Shown: positions 1-9,993, counted from the stretch's first letter. The stretch is 64,000 bases of DNA from Planctomycetota bacterium (GCA_965223545.1 OZ245006.1:5952001-6016000), one strand, 5' to 3'. Notes: generated by a model not told the origin, from the letters alone. Program-made: numbers and translations.

Positions 1-79
1 TGCGCGAACGCTGACGCGACCCAAGGGTCGATTCGCGCGCGGGGTGGCGCCGCGCGCGAGCCGCCCCTAATCTCCCTGC

Positions 80-601
80 ATGTCCCCGCCGGCCAAGGTA
101 CACGCCGTGTTTACGGTCAATGGTGAACGCGCCGAGGTCGCGTTCGACGGCTACAAGACTCTCCTCGAGGTGCTGCGCGAGGATTTGGGCCTCACCGGAA
201 CCAAGCACGGCTGCGAGCTGGGCGAGTGCGGTACCTGCGCCGTGCGCATCGACGGCGTGCCGGTGCTCTCCTGCCTGGTGCTCGCCGAGGAAGCAGTCGG
301 CCACGACGTCCGCACGATCGAGGGCATGGCGGATGGGCCGCGGATGCACGCGCTGCAGGAGGCGTTCGTCGAGCTCGGTGCCGCGCAGTGTGGCTACTGC
401 ACGCCCGGCATGCTGCTGACCGCGCAAGAGCTGATCGAGCGCGATCCGGCGCCGACCCGCGAGGTCATCACCGCCGCGCTCGCCGGCAACCTCTGCCGCT
501 GCACCGGCTACCTCAAGATCTTCGAGGCGGTCGAGCTCGCCGCCGCCCGGCTGCGCGGCGAGGACGCCGCCCCCCGACCGGAGACGATCCATGGCCACTG
601 A
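80..601 (+). CDS. 2x[2Fe-2S] small subunit of a xanthine oxidase-family molybdoenzyme (CoxS/HcrC-like)
   Basis: Motifs GTKHGCELGECGTC, QCGYCTPG and GNLCRCTGY; first gene of a coupled three-subunit operon. Confidence 0.93.
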   Translation: MSPPAKVHAVFTVNGERAEVAFDGYKTLLEVLREDLGLTGTKHGCELGECGTCAVRIDGVPVLSCLVLAEEAVGHDVRTIEGMADGPRMHALQEAFVELGAAQCGYCTPGMLLTAQELIERDPAPTREVITAALAGNLCRCTGYLKIFEAVELAAARLRGEDAAPRPETIHGH

Positions 602-3092
602 CCCGCGCCCGGACGGAGCGGGCGCCTCCGAGGCCGCGCCGCACGGCCGCTGGCGGCACGCCACGCCGGCCGATCAACTGCGCGTCATCGGCAAGCCGCT
701 GCGCAAGGTCGACGCCGGCAACAAGGTCACCGGCGTGACCCGCTACGCCGACGACCTGACCCTGCCGCGCATGCTGCACATGAAGCTGCTGCGCAGCACC
801 AAGGCACACGCGCTGATCCGCCGGATCGACACGGCCGCGGCCGAGGCGGTGGCCGGCGTGCACGGTGTGCTGACCGGCAGCGAGATGCCGACGCCGTTCG
901 GCATCCTGCCGGTGAGCCAGGACGAGCACGCGCTGTGTGTCGACAAGGTGCGGATGATCGGCGATCCGGTGGTGGCGATCGCCGCCGTCGACGAGCAGAC
1001 CGCGTGGCGGGCGTGCCAGGAGGTCGTCGTCGAGTACGAGGAGCTCGAGGCGGTGTGCGGTATCCACGAGGCAGCGGCCAAGCCGGAGCCCCGGATCCAC
1101 GACTACGGTGTCGGTGGCAACGTCCACCGCGCCGAGAACCTCGAGTTCGGCGATCTCGAGGACGGCTTTGCCGCGGCGGCGCTGGTGCGGGAGGACGTGT
1201 TCTTCTTCGGCGGCAACACCCACCTGCCGATGGAGCAGCACGCCACGCTGGCCCACTTCGATCACGAGGGCCGGCTCACGGTGTGGAGCAGCACGCAGAC
1301 GCCACACTACCTGCACCGCGCCTTGGCCAAGGTGCTGGCGCCCCTGCCGGCGTGCCGGATCCGCGTGATCGCCTGTCCGCACGGCGGCGGCTTCGGCGGC
1401 AAGAGCGACCCGTTCAACCACGAGATCTGCGCCGCCAAGATGGCGATGAAGACGGGCCGGCCGATCAAGATCTGCCTGACCCGCGAGGAGGTCTTCTACT
1501 GCCATCGCGGCCGCCACCCGGTGTTGATGCGCAGCAAGATGGGGGTGAGCGAGACCGGCCGCATCACCGCGCTCGACTTCGAGAGCTACCTCGACGGCGG
1601 CAGCTATGGCAGCTACGGCACGGCGAGCACGTTCTACACCGGCGCGCTGCAGACCGTGACCTACCACGTCGACAACTACCATTTCCGCGGCGCGCGCTTC
1701 TTCACCAACCAGGCGCCCTGCGGGCCCAAGCGCGGTCACGGCACGCCGCAGCCGCGGTTCGCGCTCGAGGTGCAGCTCGACAAGATCGCCTGCGAGCTCG
1801 GCATCGACCCGGCCGACCTCCGCCGGCAGAACTTGGCCGAGGCGGGGTCGTTGACCGCCAACTTCATGCGCATCGGCTCGATGGGGTTGGGCACTTGCAT
1901 CGACAAGGTGGTCGAGGGCTCGGGCTGGCGCCAGCGGCGCGGCCGGCTGCTGCGCGGCAAGGGGCTGGGGCTGGCCTGCAGTAGCTATCTGTCGGGCGCG
2001 GGGCTGCCGATCTACTGGAACGGCATGCCGCACTCGGGCGTGCAGCTCAAGCTCGACCGCAGCGGCTTGGTCACCGTGTTTTGTGGCAGCACCGATATCG
2101 GCCAGGGCTCCGAGTCGGTGCTCGCCTACATCGTCGCCGAGGTGCTGGGGCTCGACCCGTTCGACCTCAAGATCGTCACCGCCGACACCGATCTGACGCC
2201 GGTCGACCTCGGCAGCTACAGCAGCCGGGTCACGGTGATGACCGGCAACGCCGCGCTGGAGGCCGCCGAGCGGGCGCGCGAGGTGGTCGCGCGCGGGGTT
2301 GCCGAGCAGCTCGAGGTGCCGGTGGGGCGGTTGGTGTTCGCCGAGAGCCGCGTCTTCGATGCCTCCGATCCGGACCGCGGCCTGTCGTTCGCCGAGGCGG
2401 TGGTCGCCGCCGAGTCGCGCTTCGGCACGATCGGCACCACGGGTTCCTACACGCCGCCCCGGTCGGCGGCGCGCTACAAGGGCGGCGGCGTCGGGCCGAG
2501 TCCGTCCTACAGCTACAGCGCAGCGGTCGTCGAGGTCGACGTCGATCCGGACACCGGCATCTACACCGTGCCCAAGATCTGGGTGGCGCACGACATCGGC
2601 CGCGCGCTGAACGCCGCGATCGCCATGGGGCAGGTCGAGGGCGGTGTCTACATGGGGCTCGGCGAAGCGATGATGGAGGAGATGGTGTACCGGCCCAATC
2701 GGTTCGCCGTGCACAAGATCCCGTCGATGTTGGAGTACAAGAGCCCGACCACGCTGGAGATGCCGGAGATCGTCACCTACCTGGTCGAGGACCCGGATCC
2801 AAACGGTCCGTATGGCGCCAAGGAAGTCGGCCAGGGACCGCTGCTGCCGATCATGCCGGCGGTCGCCAACGCGGTTTTCGACGCGGTCGGGGTGCGCGTC
2901 GACGAGGTGCCGGTGACGCCGGAGAAGATCTTCGACGGCATGCAGCTGCAGGCGGCCGGCAAGATCGCGCGGGTCGGGCCGGATCGCGTGCCCGAGGTCG
3001 ATTGGCCGCCGCCGCGCCGCGTGCGGACTCCCTGGCAGGGCGGCAGCGGTCGCGAGATCGAGCGCGAAGTCGCGGGAGGGCAGCGCTCATGA
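591..3092 (+). CDS. Molybdopterin-binding large subunit, xanthine oxidase family, 4-hydroxybenzoyl-CoA reductase alpha-like
   Basis: KVTG..RYADDL N-terminus, GGGFGGK, RGHGTPQ, DIGQGS, GSYSSRVT, GQVEGG..MGLG, GPYGAKEVGQG. Confidence 0.92.
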   Translation: MATDPRPDGAGASEAAPHGRWRHATPADQLRVIGKPLRKVDAGNKVTGVTRYADDLTLPRMLHMKLLRSTKAHALIRRIDTAAAEAVAGVHGVLTGSEMPTPFGILPVSQDEHALCVDKVRMIGDPVVAIAAVDEQTAWRACQEVVVEYEELEAVCGIHEAAAKPEPRIHDYGVGGNVHRAENLEFGDLEDGFAAAALVREDVFFFGGNTHLPMEQHATLAHFDHEGRLTVWSSTQTPHYLHRALAKVLAPLPACRIRVIACPHGGGFGGKSDPFNHEICAAKMAMKTGRPIKICLTREEVFYCHRGRHPVLMRSKMGVSETGRITALDFESYLDGGSYGSYGTASTFYTGALQTVTYHVDNYHFRGARFFTNQAPCGPKRGHGTPQPRFALEVQLDKIACELGIDPADLRRQNLAEAGSLTANFMRIGSMGLGTCIDKVVEGSGWRQRRGRLLRGKGLGLACSSYLSGAGLPIYWNGMPHSGVQLKLDRSGLVTVFCGSTDIGQGSESVLAYIVAEVLGLDPFDLKIVTADTDLTPVDLGSYSSRVTVMTGNAALEAAERAREVVARGVAEQLEVPVGRLVFAESRVFDASDPDRGLSFAEAVVAAESRFGTIGTTGSYTPPRSAARYKGGGVGPSPSYSYSAAVVEVDVDPDTGIYTVPKIWVAHDIGRALNAAIAMGQVEGGVYMGLGEAMMEEMVYRPNRFAVHKIPSMLEYKSPTTLEMPEIVTYLVEDPDPNGPYGAKEVGQGPLLPIMPAVANAVFDAVGVRVDEVPVTPEKIFDGMQLQAAGKIARVGPDRVPEVDWPPPRRVRTPWQGGSGREIEREVAGGQRS

Positions 3093-4075
3093 TGCGTCTG
3101 CCGGAGTTCACGCTGCACCGGCCGGCGAGCATCGCCGAGGCGGTGCGCATGGCGGCCGACCTCGGGCCGGAGGCGCGCTTCGTCGCCGGCGGCACCGACG
3201 TCTATCCCAACATGAAGCGCCGGCACCAGCGGCCGGCGCACGTCATCAGCTTGGCCCGCATCCCCGAGCTGTCGGGCATCGAACGGGCCGACGATGGTGC
3301 CTTGCACATCGGGGCGATGACGCGCCTATCGGTGCTGGAGCGTGCGGCCGAGCTGCAGCGCGGGCATCGGGCGGTCGCGGACGCGGTGGCCAGTGTCTCG
3401 ACCCCGCTGCTGCGGAACATGGGCACGTTCGGCGGCAACCTGCTGCTGGATACGCGCTGCAACTACTACGACCAGAGTCACGAGTGGCGCGCCTCGATCA
3501 ACTTCTGCATGAAGTGCGACGGCGACACCTGCTGGGTGGCGCCGAGCAGCCCCCGCTGTTGGGCGGTGCAGTCGAGCGACAGCGTGCCGCTGTTGTGCGC
3601 GATGGATGCCGAGGCGACGCTGGTCTCGCCCGAGGGCGAGCGCCGCGTACCGGTGCGGGAGCTGTACCGCGATGACGGCATCCGCTATCTCGATCTCCGC
3701 CCGGCGGAGCTGTTGACGCGGGTTCATCTGCCCGCGCCCGGCGAATGGCGGGCGTCCTACCGCAAGCTGCGGCGGCGCGGCACGTTCGACTTTCCGGTGC
3801 TCGGCGTCGGTGTTTGTGTGCACCGGCGAGGTCAGGCGATCGACGAGCTGCGTATCCGCATCGGTGGCGCCGGCAGCGCGCCGATTGCGGCCACCGCGGC
3901 GGAGGAGATGTTGCGGGGCGCGGTGCCGACCGAAGAGCTCATCGCGGGTGCCGCGCAGACCGCGTTCAAGCCGACCCGCGCCATGGACAACACCGATCAC
4001 GAGGCGCGCTGGCGCAAGAAGATGGCACCGGTGTTCGTCGCCCGCGCGCTGCGCGATTGCCTGAGGGAGGGCTGA
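3089..4075 (+). CDS. FAD- and [4Fe-4S]-binding medium subunit (HcrB-like)
   Basis: Start moved to ATG 3089 (ATGA overlap with the upstream stop); AGGTD, RNMGTFGGNL, four-Cys insertion DTRCNYY..FCMKCDGDTC..PRCW, YRKLRRRGTFDF. Confidence 0.9.
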   Translation: MMRLPEFTLHRPASIAEAVRMAADLGPEARFVAGGTDVYPNMKRRHQRPAHVISLARIPELSGIERADDGALHIGAMTRLSVLERAAELQRGHRAVADAVASVSTPLLRNMGTFGGNLLLDTRCNYYDQSHEWRASINFCMKCDGDTCWVAPSSPRCWAVQSSDSVPLLCAMDAEATLVSPEGERRVPVRELYRDDGIRYLDLRPAELLTRVHLPAPGEWRASYRKLRRRGTFDFPVLGVGVCVHRRGQAIDELRIRIGGAGSAPIAATAAEEMLRGAVPTEELIAGAAQTAFKPTRAMDNTDHEARWRKKMAPVFVARALRDCLREG

Positions 4076-4545
4076 TGTTCGAGGTTGCTCAGGACCAAGC
4101 GTTTCCGCGGATCCAACAGATCTCGTTCTTCCTGCCCAACAAGGTGGGTTCGTTGCAGCGGGTGGTGCACGTGCTGGAAGAAGCCGATGTGCGCATCTGT
4201 GGCATGTCGATCCTGGACGCGCACGACCACGCCGTCGTGCGGATGATCGTCGATCGGCCGCAGAAGGCGATCGACACGCTCGGCAGCGGCGGGCGTGCGG
4301 TGTGCACTTCGGAGCTGCTGGCCGTCGCCGTGCCCGATTCGCGCGATGCGGTGAGTGCGCTGTTCGGGCGGTTGCTGCGCGCCGAGCTCAACGTCTACTA
4401 CGCCTACGCGTTGCTGGCGCGGCACAATGACCACGCGATCGTAGCACTGCACACCGATGACATCGCCGGCGCCGCCGAGGTGCTGCGCGCCGGCAACTTC
4501 GACCTGGTCGAGCACCGCGATCTCGATCCCGACCGCGAGATCTGA
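4075..4545 (+). CDS. Tandem ACT-domain protein
   Basis: TGATG overlap at 4073-4077 with GGAGG upstream; QQISFFLPNKVGSL..VVRMIVD and a second ACT-like repeat with NVYYAY. Confidence 0.8.
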   Translation: MFEVAQDQAFPRIQQISFFLPNKVGSLQRVVHVLEEADVRICGMSILDAHDHAVVRMIVDRPQKAIDTLGSGGRAVCTSELLAVAVPDSRDAVSALFGRLLRAELNVYYAYALLARHNDHAIVALHTDDIAGAAEVLRAGNFDLVEHRDLDPDREI

Positions 4546-4548
4546 GCC

Positions 4549-5517
4549 ATGACCGACAAGCTCGAGTGGCTCGACCGCGAGCCCACGACCGAAGCGATTC
4601 TCGACACCGTCCTCGCCGGGTTGGCGCGCACGCCCAAGACCTTGCCGAGCAAGCTGTTCTACGACGAGCGCGGCTCCCGGTTGTTCGACCGGATCTGCGA
4701 GCTGGAGGAGTACTACCCAACCCGCACCGAGCACGGCATCCTCGAGCAGCATCTCGACGAGATGCTGGCGGAGTTCGGCCCCCGCTGTCGCTTGGTCGAG
4801 CTGGGCAGCGGCAGCAGCACGAAGACGCGGCTGCTGCTGGACCGCGCCCGCGATCTCGTCGCCTATACCCCGATCGACATCTCCCGCGATCACCTGCTGC
4901 GCACCGCCGAGCAGCTGGCGGAAGCCTACCCACGCCTACCGATCCAGCCGGTGTGCGCCGACTACACCCGCCGCGTCGAAGGGCTGCCGCCGGCGGCGGA
5001 GGGGGTGCGCACGGTGGTGTTCTTTCCCGGTTCGACGGTCGGCAATTTCGTGCCGGCCGAGGCCGCCGCGTTCTTGGCTCGCGTGCGCGGGTTGTGCGGT
5101 GCCGGCGGTGGCCTGCTGGTCGGTGTCGACCTGGTCAAGGAAGCGGGCGTGCTGCACCGCGCCTACAACGACGCCGAGGGCGTCACCGCCGCCTTCAACC
5201 TCAACCTGCTGGTGCGACTGCGGGACGAGCTCGGCGCCGACATCGAGGTCGACGCCTTTCGCCATCGTGCGATCTGGGATCTGGGCGCGCGGCGCATCGA
5301 GATGCAGCTGGTCAGCCGGCGCGAGCAGAGCGTGCGCATCGATGATCGCGAGTTCTCGTTCGGTGACGGCGAGGCCATCACCACCGAGTACTCGCACAAG
5401 TACACCCTGTCCGACTTCGCCGACTTGGCGGCGCGCGCCGGCTTCGAGGTCGAGCGCGTCTGGACCGACGAGCGGCAGTGGTTCAGCGTGCAGTGGTGCC
5501 GGGTGGTCGATCAGTAG
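4549..5517 (+). CDS. egtD: L-histidine N-alpha-methyltransferase
   Basis: KTLPSKLFYDERGSRLF, EYYPTRTE, VELGSGSSTKT, FPGSTVGNF, AYNDAEGVTAAFNLN, TEYSHKY. Confidence 0.95.
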   Translation: MTDKLEWLDREPTTEAILDTVLAGLARTPKTLPSKLFYDERGSRLFDRICELEEYYPTRTEHGILEQHLDEMLAEFGPRCRLVELGSGSSTKTRLLLDRARDLVAYTPIDISRDHLLRTAEQLAEAYPRLPIQPVCADYTRRVEGLPPAAEGVRTVVFFPGSTVGNFVPAEAAAFLARVRGLCGAGGGLLVGVDLVKEAGVLHRAYNDAEGVTAAFNLNLLVRLRDELGADIEVDAFRHRAIWDLGARRIEMQLVSRREQSVRIDDREFSFGDGEAITTEYSHKYTLSDFADLAARAGFEVERVWTDERQWFSVQWCRVVDQ

Positions 5518-5540
5518 ACCGGCGACCGTTGGACCGGCGA

Positions 5541-6698
5541 TCAGAAGACCAGGTAGAAGCCGTGGCCCGGTACCGCGGCGACGCGGACCGACTGCCACCA
5601 TTCGACCGGATCGGCGGTGCTGCCGACGACGTCGGTGGGTTTGCCCTTCGGATCGAATACCCGCCAGTGCAGGTGGCCGCCGCGCACGCCTTCGACCCAG
5701 GCCATCAGCACGGAGCCGCGCTTGCCGACCGCGATCTGCATCCGCTTCATCGGGGCTTCGGAGACCGCCGTGGCAGTGACGCGTTCGGTGGGTTTGGACA
5801 GTGGGGCGTAGTAGGCCTGCCAATCGGTCTGCCACGCGATGAAGGCGCTGTCGTCGGAGCTGGCGAGCGAAGTGTTGGACGCCGGGCAGGTCTGGATGCG
5901 CCACGGGTCGATGCGGATCGGCCTGAAGGACTTGCCGCCGTTGGTGGACCTCAGGGTCAGCATGTCGCGGTGCACGTTCTTTCGCGCGGAGCGGTAGGCG
6001 ACGAGGATGGTGCCGTCGGCCTGTGAGTGGGCGTCGATCGTGCAGCAGGCGCAGACGCCCTCGTCGGCGGCATCGATCACGCCCGGCTCGTCGAACGTCT
6101 TGCCGTTGTCGGTGGACCGCGCCACCATCATCATTCGCGTCGCCTCGTCGGCAAACCGACCTTGGTGCCAGATGACCACGACGCTGCCCTTGCCGTCGGC
6201 GGCCACGTCGGGCCCCGCTTCCAGTCCTCGGGCGCCCTTGCGCATCACGTTCTGTTCCGGCTCGAACTCGCCGTTGTCCGCATCGGCGCGCGTGTACCAC
6301 ATGCCCCATGGTTTGCCCGCCGTCATCCACACCGCGTGCAGCTTGCCGTCGGCGGCCAAGGTGACGCGCGGTTGGCACAGTGCGCGCGCACCCCTGCCCC
6401 CGTCACCCCCGATGCGCACGGGATCGCTCCAGCTCGACGCGGTCGCGCCACGCCGCGCGTAGTACACGCCCGCGCGCCGTTGCCACACCTGCTGTGGCTT
6501 GGCACCGTCGGCGCTCGCCTCGGCGGGAGCCGCATCGGGCATCGAGAACACCGCGTGCAGGGTGCCCTTGCGGTCGGTGACGAGGTCGAACTGGGCGGCG
6601 CCCGGCGGGCGCGCGACGATCGTCACCTTCGGGGGATCCGTGGGGGTCGCGGAGCTGGCCAGCAGGGTCAGCCAAACGGTGATGGAGAGCGAGTGCAC
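5541..6698 (-). CDS. Secreted BNR/Asp-box (sialidase-like) beta-propeller protein
   Basis: Likely GTG start at 6698 with a signal peptide; Asp-boxes RSTDNGKTF and RSTNGGKSF; CACC and CP motifs. Confidence 0.75.
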   Translation of the reverse strand: MHSLSITVWLTLLASSATPTDPPKVTIVARPPGAAQFDLVTDRKGTLHAVFSMPDAAPAEASADGAKPQQVWQRRAGVYYARRGATASSWSDPVRIGGDGGRGARALCQPRVTLAADGKLHAVWMTAGKPWGMWYTRADADNGEFEPEQNVMRKGARGLEAGPDVAADGKGSVVVIWHQGRFADEATRMMMVARSTDNGKTFDEPGVIDAADEGVCACCTIDAHSQADGTILVAYRSARKNVHRDMLTLRSTNGGKSFRPIRIDPWRIQTCPASNTSLASSDDSAFIAWQTDWQAYYAPLSKPTERVTATAVSEAPMKRMQIAVGKRGSVLMAWVEGVRGGHLHWRVFDPKGKPTDVVGSTADPVEWWQSVRVAAVPGHGFYLVF

Positions 6699-6783
6699 GG
6701 CCGAACTGTAGGCCAGACCGGCGGGCGAAACTCGCGATCCAGGCCGAATCAGGAGGAACACCTCGGTCGTCCGGCGACCTCGC

Positions 6784-8865
6784 TCAGCCGCCGGCGAGCG
6801 CTTCGCGGATGGCGGCGGCCACCGGCTCGGCCAAGGCGCGCGAGCCCGCCGCGGTGAAGTGCACGTCGCTCGCCTTCTGGATCTCCTCGAGCCGGGTGCT
6901 GGCGAACCCGTACAGGTCATTGATCGGCACTTCCGCCGCGGTCATCACGCGCCGCGCGATGTCGTTGTAGAGCTCGACATCGGCAGGATCGCGGTAGGGA
7001 CGCACGCCGGGTCCGGGTACGGGCGTCGTCGTGGCGAACACCAGCTGCGCTCCGGTGGCGCGCAGAGTGGCCGTGATCCGCCGCAGCTGCTCCTCGTAGC
7101 GCTCCGGCTCCGACTGCCTCGGATCGTCCGGGTCGTTCGAGTTCCTGCCGTCCGGCCGCACGCGCTTGAGATCGTGCAAGCCGAAATTGAAGTGGATCAC
7201 GTCCCACGCGCGGCCCGAAGCGCGCGCCCCGGGCGTCCGCAACCACGCCTCGACGCGGCCCGCGCCGTGCAGGGTGCCGGCGCAGTTCTCGTCGGCGCCG
7301 TTCTTGAACGTCGGTCGGGTGACGAACGCGTCGCCGCGCAGCGCCGCGGCGACGTGCGGCGCGTAGCCCATCGAGATCGAGTCGCCCAGCAGCAGCACGC
7401 GTGGCGCTTCGGTGTGCGCCGGGTTCTCGCGCGGCACCGCCGCCTTGAACTCGCGCAGCGCGCTGCGCAATGCGATGCCGAGGCCGTTCACCACGTCGGG
7501 GTTGTCGTCGGCGACGTCGCGCGTCTCGCGCGGGTCGGCGGCCAGGTCGAACAGCTCTGTGCGCGCGCCCTCGTAGCGGTGGATCAGCTTCCAGCGGCCG
7601 CGGCGCAGCACGCTGTAGGGTCGGATGCGGAGCCCTTGGCGGTAGTGCGGGAAGTGCCAGACCAGATCGCGCGGCATCGTGCCGCGCGCCGGGTTGTGGG
7701 CCAGCGCCAGCAGCGAGACCCCGTCGATCGTCAGGCCGTGCGGGGCGGTGATCCGGCACGCCGCCAACACCGTTGGCAAGATGTCGATGCCGCTGACGGG
7801 CGCGTTGCACTCGCCGCCGTTGGCGATAGTGCCGGGCCAGTGCATGATGAACGGCACCCGGAGTCCGCCCTCGTAGGCGTGGCCCTTGCCGGCGCGCAGC
7901 GGCCGGTTGTCGGTCGGACCGGACAGCCCGCCGTTGTCGGAGGTGAAGATCACCAGAGTGCGCTCGCGCAGCCCGGCGGCGGCCAAGCTGGCGACGATCG
8001 CGCCCACCGCCCGGTCGACGCGGTCGACCATCGCCGCGTAGCGCGGGTTGTTCTGTCGGCCGTCGGCGGCGCGGTCCGCGTAGCGCGCGATCGCGTCGTC
8101 GGGCGCCTGGATCGGTGTGTGCACCGCGTACGGGGCGTAGTGCAGAAAGAACGGCCGGTCGCGATGGGCCGCGATGAACGCGGTGCACTCGGCGGCTTCG
8201 CGGTCGGTGAGGTACTCGCCGGCGCGGCGCGGCGGTAGGGTCGGGATGCCGTCCGGCAGGCGATCGTTCGCGTACGGATCGAAGTAGCTCGGCGGTTGAC
8301 CGAAATCGCAGCCGCCGTGGTTCTCGTCGAACCCCTGCTCGGTCGGATACCACTCGTCGTCGCCGAGGTGCCACTTGCCGACATGGGCGGTGGCGTAGCC
8401 CGCGTTGCGCAGCAGCTCGGCGACCGTTTGCTCGCGGTGCGGCAGCCAGAATCCGTTGGCTGGACACGACAGCAGCTGACCCCATTGCTCGGTCCATTCG
8501 GTCGGCGGCGCGTCGGGCGTGGTGCCGCCCGGGCGCTGGAACCTGGCGCGGATCCAATCGGTGATGCCGTAGCGCGCCGGGTAGCGGCCGGTGAGCACGG
8601 CGGCACGGCTCGGCGAGCAGACGGCGGCGGCGGCGTAGGCTTGGCCGAAGCGCACGCCTTCGGCAGCCAGCGCGTCGATGTGCGGCGTTTGGTAGTAGCG
8701 GCTGCCCTGACAGCCGAGATCGCGCCAGCCGAGATCGTCGACCACGATGAGCACGACGTTGGGCGGCGTCTGGGGCTGCACTGCGGGAGCGGCCGCGACG
8801 GCGGCGCCCGCCACCAACAGCGGGGTCCACGGGCCGACGGGTGTGGCGGGGTCGCGCATGGGCAC
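6784..8865 (-). CDS. Secreted sulfatase fused to a C-terminal SGNH/GDSL hydrolase
   Basis: DDLG, formylglycine motif CSPSRAAVLTGRY, GKWHLG, SDNG; C-terminal GDSIS, FNFGLHD, DVHF. Confidence 0.9.
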   Translation of the reverse strand: MPMRDPATPVGPWTPLLVAGAAVAAAPAVQPQTPPNVVLIVVDDLGWRDLGCQGSRYYQTPHIDALAAEGVRFGQAYAAAAVCSPSRAAVLTGRYPARYGITDWIRARFQRPGGTTPDAPPTEWTEQWGQLLSCPANGFWLPHREQTVAELLRNAGYATAHVGKWHLGDDEWYPTEQGFDENHGGCDFGQPPSYFDPYANDRLPDGIPTLPPRRAGEYLTDREAAECTAFIAAHRDRPFFLHYAPYAVHTPIQAPDDAIARYADRAADGRQNNPRYAAMVDRVDRAVGAIVASLAAAGLRERTLVIFTSDNGGLSGPTDNRPLRAGKGHAYEGGLRVPFIMHWPGTIANGGECNAPVSGIDILPTVLAACRITAPHGLTIDGVSLLALAHNPARGTMPRDLVWHFPHYRQGLRIRPYSVLRRGRWKLIHRYEGARTELFDLAADPRETRDVADDNPDVVNGLGIALRSALREFKAAVPRENPAHTEAPRVLLLGDSISMGYAPHVAAALRGDAFVTRPTFKNGADENCAGTLHGAGRVEAWLRTPGARASGRAWDVIHFNFGLHDLKRVRPDGRNSNDPDDPRQSEPERYEEQLRRITATLRATGAQLVFATTTPVPGPGVRPYRDPADVELYNDIARRVMTAAEVPINDLYGFASTRLEEIQKASDVHFTAAGSRALAEPVAAAIREALAGG

Positions 8866-8886
8866 GACCTTAACCGGGTCGGCTCG

Positions 8887-9993
8887 TCAGGCGTACATCG
8901 CCGCGATCTCGTCGCGCCCGGCTTCCAGGTCGTCGGGAGTCTTGATCGGGAAGAAGCGGCAATCGGTGCCGGTGCGCTTGACCTTGACGAAGTTGGTCGA
9001 CAGCCAACGGGTCAGCTCGCCGATCAGCCGCTCGATCTGCACGGCCGGCCGATCCTCGACCTTCTTCTGCACGAAGTACCACCCCAGATCGAAATCGCGA
9101 TCGAGGGCGTCGGCGCGGAAGTGGAACGTGTTGGTGTTGAATACGTCGACGATGTCGGGGTCGAAATCGGCCGGAAACCGCACCTGCTCGATCAGCTGGG
9201 TGCGGCCATCGACTTCGAACGGCGATCCGCCGACGTCGCCGGGCCACTTGGGTGCGCACTCGACGGTCGCCTGCGCGTGGCTCTTGATATGGTGGCCGAG
9301 CAACAGGGGGCTGACGCGGGCGCCGAGGTTGTCGACGTTGCAGACGAACAGGTGCTTGCCGCCGGCGTCGAGGAACCTCTGCAGGCATCCATGCGCGCGC
9401 AGTGCCGGGGCAAAGTCGCCGTGGCCGGGTCCGTACGGCGAGATCTCGCCGTTGTCGAGGGCGAAGATGTCGCCGTCCGGTTGCAGGCGCACCGAGATGA
9501 ACTGGGTGAACGAGCGCACGTGCTCGCGGTCGAGGCCGAAGGTGTCGTTCTCGGCGAGGTGCGCGGCGGTGGCTTCGTCCGTGGCAAAGCTGTTCATCAG
9601 CCAGATCGGAATCCGGCCATCGCACTCCTGCGCGACGCGGGCGATGTCCTGCAGCTTGAGGCCGAGAAAGCTGGTACTGCCGACCACGGGCACGACGCCC
9701 TTGACGACGCCGCCGAAGCGCGTCGCCATGCCGCCGTTCAGTACGACGACGCCGAGCTCGCCGCGGCGGATCGCCTCGCGGCCGGTCTCGATCAATGCGG
9801 TGGCCTGCTCCGAGTCCGCCGCCGGCAGGTCGTCGATGGTGCCGGCGGGCGGCGGGCTGATGGGGGCGGTGCAGGTGTTGCTTAGCAGCGAGAGTCGGCC
9901 GTCGCGTACGGCGCCGCGCCAGCTCTCGAACAGCTCCGGGTCGAAGCCATAGCGATCGAGGTAGGCGCGCTGTTCGTCGGTCAAAGTCTTCAC
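8887..9993 (-). CDS. UDPGP-family sugar-1-phosphate uridylyltransferase
   Basis: LNGGMATRFGG..KG, LMNSFAT, PGHGD, NVDNLGA, FNTN, RFFPIKTPDDL. Confidence 0.85.
   Translation of the reverse strand: MKTLTDEQRAYLDRYGFDPELFESWRGAVRDGRLSLLSNTCTAPISPPPAGTIDDLPAADSEQATALIETGREAIRRGELGVVVLNGGMATRFGGVVKGVVPVVGSTSFLGLKLQDIARVAQECDGRIPIWLMNSFATDEATAAHLAENDTFGLDREHVRSFTQFISVRLQPDGDIFALDNGEISPYGPGHGDFAPALRAHGCLQRFLDAGGKHLFVCNVDNLGARVSPLLLGHHIKSHAQATVECAPKWPGDVGGSPFEVDGRTQLIEQVRFPADFDPDIVDVFNTNTFHFRADALDRDFDLGWYFVQKKVEDRPAVQIERLIGELTRWLSTNFVKVKRTGTDCRFFPIKTPDDLEAGRDEIAAMYA

Noticed and set aside
80..4075. Firm hcrCAB gene symbols and a claim of anaerobic aromatic degradation
   Set aside because: No benzoyl-CoA pathway genes are in the window and the active-site motif differs, so substrate cannot be assigned from sequence alone
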